Assembly (NCBI RefSeq): GCF_006345805.1
Contig: NW_021833373.1
Span: 1-31,074 of the forward strand
DNA from: Octopus sinensis
Taxonomy: Eukaryota
Length of the DNA stretch: 31,074 bases
Direction: 5' to 3'
Positions within the stretch are counted from its first letter, which is position 1. Each line of letters begins with the position of its first letter. Below the pieces are notes generated by a model, which saw only the letters and a list, made by a program, of their open reading frames with translations, ran no database searches and was not told the origin of the DNA. The translations under genes were made by a program, and so were the position numbers. Below are positions 22,443 to 31,074 of this stretch, piece after piece.

Positions 22443-22538
22443 TATTATTTTCTAAGACAAAAATGACATAAAGCAAATTTTAAAACACTATAACTCAAAA
22501 ATGTCGTGTTCTCAAATAACCTGTGCACCCCGCATATA

Positions 22539-24314
22539 TCTCTATATTATAATTCTGAAATGCGAAAAGTTTGTCTGTTTGTCTGGTTTTGGCATTGAAA
22601 ACGGGTTAAAGGCCACTAGATCCCGTCGGATTGGCTCCAAAATTTACAGGGACATGTAAAATGAGGTGAGGATGTTAGAAATCCCCATCTTAAAAGGTGT
22701 CGTTGCTAGGGCCAAAAACGCACTTTGACAAGTCTACTCTCATTTTTTTATGCATCTGTCTTCCTCCATCACTCACTCTCTTTCGTCCCTTCCTTTCAAT
22801 TTCTATCTATAACGTCGTTTCACAGCGCCTACCTCCCTTCTCTTCACTTTCTCTTTATAACGTCGTTTCACAGCGTCCTATATCTCCCCTCCCCGCCTTC
22901 GACAGCGCTTTCACACACTCTCTCTCTCTCTCTACGTCTGTCTGCATTCATAGAGAGAATTATCATCGCTACCACCACCACATAATCATGAGAACAAATA
23001 TTATGAATCAGATATTTATTGGGTTAATTTATATATGTGTGTGTGTCTATATATAAATATGTATATATAATGAATATATACAAAGTGTATATATCTGTAT
23101 TTATGTATATTAAACTTTTTAATACTTTTTGATAGTTATATATATTTTTTTAAAATTATAAATATAAATTAATGATTTTAATTTTAAATTTAAATAACTT
23201 AAATTTTTTAATTTTATATTTTATATATTTTGTGTATTATATTTTTATTTTTATGTTTTGGTTTATGTTTTTCACTGTTTGATTTGCCTAATAGTGGTTT
23301 TACTCTAATTTAATTTATATATATATATATATATATATATAAATTATATACATTGTATATATAATGCGTACACACACACACATATATATATAATGCGTAT
23401 ATATATATATATATAATGTGTGCATTATGTGGTCGGTTATGCTGAAAATAATGCCACCTATCTTAAAAGTGCTGGCGAGTTTGCATGGCACACTATTTTT
23501 GACCTCAAATGAAGGCGTGACCTCTAGGACAAAATTCCTCATCTTAAAATGTGGCCCGAGTAGACCCGAATGAAATCGGGTTATATTAACCAAAATGTGA
23601 AAAGAGGTCTAAATGGGGCTTGAAGGGGATTAAAATTTACAGGAGCAGGTTTTTTAGGAATTCTCTGTTACATCAAGTTAAAAATTTGCGCCAGCCTTTT
23701 AATCGATCGTGATGTATTGCCGTCCATGATGAAGAAGTTTTGAATGCTTGCCATGGTGAGTCTACTGTCGTGAGAAAGAATCACTTCAAAGCTTGGTGTC
23801 TAGGAATTTTCTTTTACATCAAGTTCAACATTTTACGCCAGCCGTTAAACTGCTACTACGTTGCTGTTCGTCGTTAAGAAATGCCAGCCATGGTGACTCT
23901 ACTATCCTCAGATTCTATCCCTTCAAACTTTTGTTTCCAATATTTTTTTTTATTTTTATTCAACTCGCAAGTTCGTCAGTCCCTTTTAAATGTTAGTGTT
24001 TTGCTGTCTGCCTTGAAGCAGACCTTTCCGTTGTCACTGCCTGATATTTATGATTGATCTTTCAAAATATATTCTTTCTCAACTTACTCAAGATCTTTTG
24101 TTGTTTATAAATGGGAGAGAGATAGATAGAGAAAGATAGAGAGTAAGAGAAAGCGAAGGAGAGTCCGAGAGAAAGGAAGAGTAAGAGAGTGGGAAAGTGA
24201 GAGAGAAAGGAGAGAGAAACAAAGAGGGAGAATGAGGTGATAAAAAACAGAAAGGAAGCAACAGAAAGTTACAACCACACTCTTACCCGCGCGTAGAGCG
24301 GTCACCTTAAGCTA

Positions 24315-24315
<1 letters not shown>
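22539..24315 (+). mobile_element. non-autonomous Helitron family 3 (~1.8 kb)
   Basis: 5' A|TCTCTATATTATAAT followed by GTCTGT repeats. 3' CCGCGCGTAGAGCGG hairpin followed by CTAG|T (24312-24315). Pairing of these two ends is inferred. Confidence 0.65.
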
Positions 24316-24382
<67 letters not shown>

Positions 24383-24383
<1 letters not shown>

Positions 24384-24914
24384 AATTCTAGTTCTAAAAT
24401 CTCTTTAAGAGATCAACGCAGTAGTTGTACTAATAAGTAATGTTCGTAGCCACTTCAACACCCCAAGAAGATATTTCTTCTAGCTGGTTAACGATGCACA
24501 GCTGCATCCGAGATATTGCGAGCAGGGGAACGAACCCCTACCACCTTCCAGTGATGGGACCAGTAAACCGTCCTTGATCTCTTAGAGAGATTTTAAAACT
24601 AGCATTTGTGCTTATTGCAAAATCAGCGACTGTATGCCACTTGGAATTTTATATATTGCGAGCAGAAGCGAGCTACTGCTATCTTTAGCAGGCGAAGTGT
24701 TCAATACTGAAGAGAGACTGAAATAGCCCGAAACCAGGCTGGTCTGCTGACCCCGTCAATAGAAGGTGGTAGGAGTTCGCTTCCCCTGCTCACAATATAT
24801 CGGATGCAGCTGTGAGGAGGCGTCCAGCTAGAGAAGACGTCTTCTTGAGTTTAAAAAATCGCAGTAAAGCTCATTCGAACTGACAGTCATGTTGGAGTGG
24901 CTGCGAACATTACT

Positions 24915-24915
<1 letters not shown>
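24383..24915. mobile_element. (TA)n-embedded hammerhead-containing element with circularly permuted inverted copy (retrozyme-like or Penelope-like)
   Basis: Inverted pairs: 24383-24416/24574-24607 (31/34), 24435-24460/24890-24915 (24/26), and 24464-24569/24741-24847. Confidence 0.75.
24701..24750 (+). ncRNA. type I hammerhead ribozyme, canonical core, decayed stems I and II
   Basis: TCAATA-CTGAAGA-GAGACTGAAATAGCCC-GAAA-CCAG-G-CTGG-TC-TGCTGA, with cleavage predicted after GUC at 24744. Confidence 0.75.
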
Positions 24916-24945
<30 letters not shown>

Positions 24946-25218
24946 ACATACATACATACATACATACATACATACTACATACATACATACGTGCATGCAT
25001 GCATGCATGCATGCATGCATACATACATACATACATACATACATACATACATACATACATACATACATACATACATACATACATGTATATGCACACACCT
25101 GTCGAACGCTACCTGTGGGACACGAATCCTCAAACCTTGTAGTCCAACATCTTTGATCCAAAAGACTTTTTATTAACCCATTATTTACATGCTATTATTT
25201 ACAGCTTTATAAAAGCAG

Positions 25219-25382
25219 AGAGCTGGCAGAATCGTTAGCATACGGAACAAAATGCTTAGTAGTATTTCGTCCGTGTCTACGTTCTAAGTTCAAATTCTGC
25301 CTTTCATTCTTGCATCCTTTGAGCACTGGTGTCGATGTAATCGACTTAACACCTCCCTCTAATTGCTGGCCTTATGTCAGAA
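25219..25382 (+). mobile_element. older SINE family B, tail split by a Helitron (continues at 27303)
   Basis: GAGCTGGCAGAATCGTTAGCA...GTATTTCGTC...TTGCTGGCCTTATGTCAGAA | TAGAAAATTATT. Confidence 0.75.
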
Positions 25383-25480
25383 CTAGCAAATGCACCCGTC
25401 CTTTGGACGGTGTTATTTATTATAACGGTGCACTCCTGTGAACTGTTTAAGTTGAATAAACCCGCAGTTAGAAGTCGTTT

Positions 25481-25697
25481 GTGGAGGCGCATGGCTTAGT
25501 GGTTAGTGTGTCAGCATCATGATCGTAAGATTGTGGTTTCGATTCCTGAACCGGGCGACGCGTTGTGTTCTTGAGCAAAACACTTCATTTCACGTTGCTC
25601 CAGTCCACTCAGCTCGCAAAAATTAGTAACGCTGCGAAACCGGAAACCGGGCCAATGAGCCTGACTAGGCTTTAAAAGGGCGCATTTGTTTATTTTA
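25481..25697 (+). mobile_element. SINE family D head with tail Z, nested in the Helitron
   Basis: TGGCTTAGTGGTTAG and GGTTTCGATTCC boxes. 12-bp TSD TAGAAGT(C/G)GTTT at 25469-25480 and 25698-25709. Confidence 0.85.
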
Positions 25698-26249
25698 TAG
25701 AAGTGGTTTCAAGTTGGTAAACGTAAAATGTATAATTACCATTTTCGTCAACAGTTTATAATATGGTATTAAGCAACTTAGGTAATGAATAAAGTGTTTT
25801 GAACACAAATTTAGCAGTTAGTAATAAAGGAAAGGCCATAAAATGAGATCGCAATCGCAGTGGGCATTAGGGATCTTACCTATATCTTACCTGAAGCGTT
25901 TTGCATCATGTATGTATTTTTCTCGTAAAGCCTGACACAACCGCATTGAAGTTTTTTTTCAATGAAAGTAATTTATGAAAAAGAAAAGTAAACATTTATA
26001 GTAAACACACAAATAGAATAATGCCATGTACAAAAATAAATATTGGAGCGTGCCTATGGGCGAACAGCGTGTGTGAAGTAAGGAGGGTCATTGAAGGTAA
26101 TGTACTGTTAACAGCGATCAGGGAAATGAAGCAAAATATCAATGAAATACTTGCTAACGGCTACAGTTTGGCACATATATGAAGATTGCAGTAGAGGAAT
26201 AACTACTGTAGGGCTGCTTTGTAGACGACATTCTTGGTTTTTCCTTCTG

Positions 26250-27185
26250 GAGTATAGAGGAATAAGCTGCCTGGATGGCCAACACTGGGACAACCGACGT
26301 AGAACTGACCATGTGGAAAGAACTACTTTCGAAGGTCCAATCCAACAACATTCAAGTACTGACCTTGTGGTTTGTTAATTGTCAGGGATAAGCTGAGTTT
26401 AAGAGGAAACTGTTGTCTCTGCATAGGGTAAGAGCAGTCTGTTGGGGTTAGCGGAATTTTCGGAATGAAAACGGTATCGTTTTCGCCGTGTCTCGTGATA
26501 ATTTGGGCTTCAATGACGTGGTCCATCATTTGACTGCAATGCAAGTTCCATTGCATAGTGTGGGTGCGTTTAGATTTCGTAGGAAGATGACAGAGCAACC
26601 GTCTTTTAAATTAAGTTCATGGGGAGAGAGTCCTGGAAGATCTTGGGAGTTGAGAAATTCTGTTGGAAAGTGTATAACCTGATCGAGGCCAGTAACCTTG
26701 TCAACTGATCTGTAACAACGTTCTTGAGAAGGTAGCTAACTGAGTAAGTTGTAGTTAAGAGTGTTGACAGCTGCATTTGTAGGTGCAAGAACAGCTTTGC
26801 CGTGAAGCCAATCTGATTTTATAGATTCCGTTGTAAAATTTGAGTAAACGGCGGAACATAAGTCATCAGGACTGGAGAGTGTGGCCAATGGTGGTCCGTT
26901 GTTGTCGGACGTAATTTGTCTATTGCCGAATTTAAGGAGCATTTCCGAAAACTGGGTTGTAGGCTGACCAGTCTGTAGGAGTGATCTCATGTTGATGGTG
27001 AGTTGTTTCGATCGGACAAGCGACCAAAGGAGGGATTTTATAAGACAGGTATTAAGTGCATCAGCGGGGCATTTTGGGTCTAATTGGCAGCGTTTGACGA
27101 AAATCTCCTGCAAGAAGTAGAGTCGCACCTCCGAGGATGTTGTTGTTCACTTTAAGGTCTCTCATTATGTTATCAAGTAAATGGC
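26250..27185 (-). pseudogene. Pif1-family (Helitron RepHel) helicase C-terminal remnant
   Basis: GGATLLLAGDFRQTLP, LWSLV..KQLTINMR, AVLAPTNAAVNTLN, LRNLNAPTLCNGT, VFIPKIPL...RQQFPLKLS.SLTINKPQGQ.L.VVGLDL, HGQFYVG. Frameshifted. Confidence 0.92.
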
Positions 27186-27242
27186 CTGTCACATATGCGC
27201 ACACACACACACGCTCACACACACACACACACCACACACACA

Positions 27243-27281
<39 letters not shown>

Positions 27282-27743
27282 TTCTGTCTTATATATTATA
27301 GATAGAAAATTATTATTTATACCTTTATATGTAGTTCGAGAACCAATTCTCAAAATGGATTATTCCACATTCTCTCGAAAGTTTATAAATTCTGATGACG
27401 TCAAACAACAAACCTATATATGTGTAAACACGGCAATGAAATATGCCTTTTATCATATATACTTCCCATGGCTTCGCCTAGAGGAGTCAAAGGATGTTAT
27501 GTTATTCCATACATCAACGACATACTAGGTTTTTATTATGAATGAACCTGATTACGACTTAAGCCATGGCTCTTAGTCTGTATTCTGCATTTTGTAATCC
27601 ATGTAAATGTACGTATTAAGTGTCCTTGTGTTTACCTGCGTTTGTAATCACACACACACACAAACACACACACACAACACACACACACACACACACACAC
27701 AAATTTATATTTTGTGTCAAATTTTTCTCGAGGGCTAATCGAT

Positions 27744-27807
27744 TATAGATCACTGATGAGCTGAAATTACTGTGAAATATAGACATACAGCGAAATATCG
27801 ACATATA
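27744..27807 (+). ncRNA. minimal type I hammerhead ribozyme with canonical core
   Basis: TATAGATC-A-CTGATGA-GCTG-[24 nt]-CAGC-GAAA-TA-TC-GACATATA. Loop II contains an 18-nt duplication, stem III is the palindrome ATAT, and stem I is imperfect. Confidence 0.6.
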
Positions 27808-28361
27808 TCTTTCTCGTTCACCTACGGGGCGATTCGTTTCGCGTGACTTTGAAGTATACAGTGTTTTTCTACACACTACGTCTATAAGAGGTCTTTCCCT
27901 GGATGAAATGTCGCATCTTAAAAATGGCTAACAGCATACATACATTAAGTATGTGACATCGATAACGTAAAAATATATGCAGATGTATAGAAGGAGAGAC
28001 GACAGACAGACAGAGTTTAAAAGTGTGCTAGAAGGTATGATATGACATCAGAAACTCGGTAAACCGCTTCACACTCCACTCTTATTTCACTCAACTATTA
28101 TTTCATGCAGTATTTATGCTCTTAATACTGAGGAATCATGCTAATCGTTTAAGCAAACTTGCCAATCGGCCTATTGAAACGTGTGTCTGCTAAGCAAATC
28201 TGAGAAATACCAGTTACGTCTTCTGCGTTCCTTAATGTGTGTGTGCGTGCGAGCGCGTGCTCGCATGCGTATGTGCAAGCATCTGTGTGCGTGTGTTCAT
28301 GTGTGTATGTATATGGTTTAGTTGATGGTAGTGCCACTGCTACTGCTGCTGCTGCTGATGA

Positions 28362-28396
<35 letters not shown>

Positions 28397-28639
28397 AGAA
28401 GAGATTGCTAAAGGTGCTGATGATGTTATTGATAACAATAATGTTATTACTCTTCTCTAGTCCCAACACCTTCCCGTTACCACTAACGTGTATGGAAGGT
28501 GGCGCAAGGATGGAGTGAAACGGGAAGTCAATGGAGCATGACATAACAGATAAAGAGATGATGTCAGCAATGTGGCAGCCTGTTAGCTGTGAAGCTCATC
28601 AAAGATAGTTGTGATGATGATGATGCTATAGCTGCGCCT

Positions 28640-28709
28640 GTAGTTTTGGCGGCGGCAGCAGCGGCGGCGGTGGTGGTTATGGTGGTGGTTGGTGGTGGTG
28701 GTGGTGGTG

Positions 28710-28741
<32 letters not shown>

Positions 28742-29085
28742 GGTATCGGCGGGGTGGCGGCATCGGCGGCGGCGGCATCGGCGGCGGCGGCATCGGCGGC
28801 GGCGGCATCGGCGGCGCGGGGGCATCGGCGGCGGCGGCATCGGCGGCGGCGGCATCGGCGGCGGCGGCATCGCGGCGCGGCATCGGCGGCGCGGCATCGG
28901 CGGCGGCGGCGTCAATCGGCGGCGGCGGCATCGGCGGCGGCGGCATCGGTGGCGGTGGCGGTGGTGGAGGAGGCAGCGGCGGTGGAAGGCAGGGGCGGTG
29001 CGGTGACGGCGGCAGCGATTGGTGGCGGCGACAGCGGTGGCGGCGGCGGCAGCGGCGATGGCAACGGGAGTGGCGGCGACGGAGG
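28640..29085. repeat. (GGC)n-rich tract with a 15-bp GGCATCGGCGGCGGC higher-order repeat
   Basis: The unit recurs about ten times at 28758-28950. Confidence 0.92.
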
Positions 29086-29489
29086 TGTTGGTGATGTGAC
29101 TAACATCTCTTTAAGATGGGGAACGTGCTCATTTCTGAATCAACTTGACATTTACCGGGACAGAATACACTTTCTATGAAGGTGGGCGTTGGAATGTTGT
29201 ATACATATGTGTGTGTGTGTGCGTGTGTGTATGTATGTGTATGTATACGTATATATATTATTAATATATATATATATATATATAAATTTATGCATGTGTA
29301 TGTGCATATATATAAATATATGTATGTGCATATGTGTATATATATAAAGGTAAGTATGCTTGCATGCACGCATGCATGTATGTACATATATATATATGTA
29401 TGTATATGCATGCGTGTATATATGTATGTATGTATGCATGTATGTATGTATGCATGTATGCATGTATGTATATATAAATATGTATGTAT

Positions 29490-30490
29490 AACCCATTCAG
29501 CTTGCATAGCAGACACTTTTCTCATCAGTTGTCGATCAGATGTCATAATTGTTTCGACACCTTCCAACAGCCTCCGCCAGAGCCGAGTAGCATTGGTACC
29601 AACCATGAAATGGCCAGCTTTTTTCACCTCACACTAACACACTTTCCCTCACTATAGCACACGTAACCCTCCTTCATACACACACTGACCACAGCATAAC
29701 CTTTCCTGCCGTACAACATCTATTATTAATTACTGGAGGCGCAATGGCCCAGTGGTTAGGGCAGCGGACTCGCGGTCATAGAATCGCGGTTTCGATTCCC
29801 AGACCGGGCGTTGTGAGTGTTTATTGAGCGAAAACACCTAAAAGCTCCACGAGGCTCCGGCAGGGGATGGTGGTGATCCCTGCTGTACTCTTTCACCACA
29901 ACTTTCTCTCACTCTTACTTCCTGTTTCTGTTGTACCTGTATTTCAAAGTGCCGGCCTTGTCACTCTCTGTGTCACGCTGAATATCCCCGAGAACTACAT
30001 TAAGGGTATACGTGTCTGTGGAGTGCTCAGCCACTTACATGTTAATTTCACGAGCAGGCTGTTCCGTTGATTCGGATCAACCGGAATTCTCGTCGTCGTA
30101 ACCGATGGAGTGCTTCCATTATTAATTACCTATTGTGTATCTCTCCCTTTCTCTCAGCATTGGTCTTTGCCTTAAGCATCTTTGCCCATCCATTTCCTAT
30201 TACAATCTTCATTTCACGAATCACTGCCTCTCGCTCCTGCCATTCCTCCAAAGTGCATTTTGCAAGGGATGACACGCTGTACCAGAATATGTTTCAACAA
30301 TACATAACTTCTTCACCGTTAACAATCACCAATTTCACTCCTTTGATCCCAATTACTTTAGTTCCAATATCTTTCTTACCACTGTAATAATACTTGCAGG
30401 AAATCCTTTTAATCTATGCTCGTCCCTCTCCTACCCATGAGTCCTATACTGTACTTAACACCGCTTTTACTTTCAGGCTGCTCCCTAGAC
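29490..30490 (-). pseudogene. possible highly decayed APE-endonuclease region of an RTE-like LINE, interrupted by a SINE
   Basis: Weak motifs V*DSWVGEG...KYYYSG and ...RRLLEG. Very degenerate. Confidence 0.25.
29734..30117 (+). mobile_element. SINE family C head with tail Y, full length
   Basis: A-box TGGCCCAGTGG, B-box GGTTTCGATTCCC, 12-bp TSD ATTATTAATTAC at 29722-29733 and 30118-30129. Confidence 0.9.
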
Positions 30491-30534
30491 AAGATCAGTC
30501 CCTTTAACTACATTCGTGTCTGATTCAGGCATAA

Positions 30535-30660
30535 AGTGGTTTAGTCGATGCCATTGACACCATTTCTTACACAGGTACTTTATCTTATCGATCTTGAAAG
30601 ACCAAAGGCAAAGTTGACCTCAAAATGTAAAAATTTGGGACAAATACCACAATGCATTTT
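30535..30660 (-). mobile_element. decayed SINE family B fragment
   Basis: AGTCGATG...GGTACTTTAT...ATCGA...GAAAG...AAAGGCAAAGTTGACCTC matches 18125-18205. Confidence 0.65.
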
Positions 30661-30871
30661 TTCACAAAAATGTTATATTAAAGTAATTGTATCATCTTAA
30701 ATGGATGATACTGGGATGGATGACTGCGGTATTCTCTCCTCTTGGCACCCTAAATAGAGATTAATTCTGTCTTTGTATGAGTCAGACCGAATCGGACATC
30801 CATTGAGCACACAGATATAACTCGATAAGAAGGTGCATGTATCTGCGCGTGTGCTTGAGTGTGTGTGTGTG

Positions 30872-30908
<37 letters not shown>

Positions 30909-31074
30909 CGTGTGTGTGTGTGTGTGTTAACTGGCTGTGTTAGTTCTTCATACTGTAGTAGGTCATCTGTTGCAATGCCCTCCTGCAATACCGCTCACAC
31001 CTCCGACCCACCACCACCGACCCACCACCACTAACAACAGTCACAGAACAATTGTATAGGCTATTTCTCCTTTT

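Larger units (their letters stand above)
21051..22532 (-). mobile_element. full-length decayed maT/DD37D-type Tc1/mariner transposon
   Basis: TIRs: left TA|CAGGGTGCCTAAGG[SINE]TATTTGAGGACA and right (reverse complement) CGGGGTGCACAGGTTATTTGAGAACA, with a transposase remnant between them. Confidence 0.8.
25383..27302 (-). mobile_element. internally deleted Helitron with helicase remnant
   Basis: Minus strand 5' A|TCTATAATATATAAG, 3' hairpin CCGTCC-AAA-GGACGG followed by CTAG|T, A/T target with no TSD. Confidence 0.9.

Noticed and set aside
23955-23982. Minus-strand CTGACGA-ACT-TGCG-AGT-TGAAT as a hammerhead
   Set aside because: It has GAAT instead of GAAA, and no stem III, cleavage triplet or stem I.
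27388-27420. CTGATGACGTCAAAC as a hammerhead core
   Set aside because: There is no closing stem II and no GAAA in register.
29734-29810. tRNA gene (also 1755-1825 and 25481-25555)
   Set aside because: The A and B boxes continue into SINE bodies, two of them with TSDs. These are tRNA-derived SINE heads.
84-31034. Most ORFs in the six-frame track (VCVC, YIYI, THTH, LSIY, poly-V/G/T/A/P peptides)
   Set aside because: They are translations of microsatellites and SINEs, with no domain signal or exon structure.

Overview
Eukaryotic, gene-free, repeat-saturated intergenic or intronic DNA. The tRNA-derived SINE families and extreme microsatellite density point to an octopus (cephalopod) genome; this is an inference from recognised repeat types. 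No intact host CDS is supported, and almost all ORF-track entries are microsatellite read-through. Contents: at least four SINE families, two decayed maT/DD37D-like Tc1/mariner elements, four Helitron families (one with a decayed Pif1 helicase), a decayed R4/Dong-like LINE, and a Penelope-like RT fragment. A 2.3-kb inverted duplication is followed by a 2.5-2.9-kb tandem duplication. The most notable signal is four dissimilar short non-coding elements next to microsatellites, each folding into a type I hammerhead ribozyme with a palindromic or near-palindromic stem III (2172-2209, 6145-6190 plus copies, 24701-24750, 27744-27807). One of them (24383-24915) is circularly permuted, and its inverted copy starts at the predicted cleavage site, as expected for a ~360-nt retrozyme or Penelope-mobilised RNA. 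Another forms a ~200-bp palindrome whose apex coincides with a breakpoint of the inverted duplication. All folds and alignments were done by eye.
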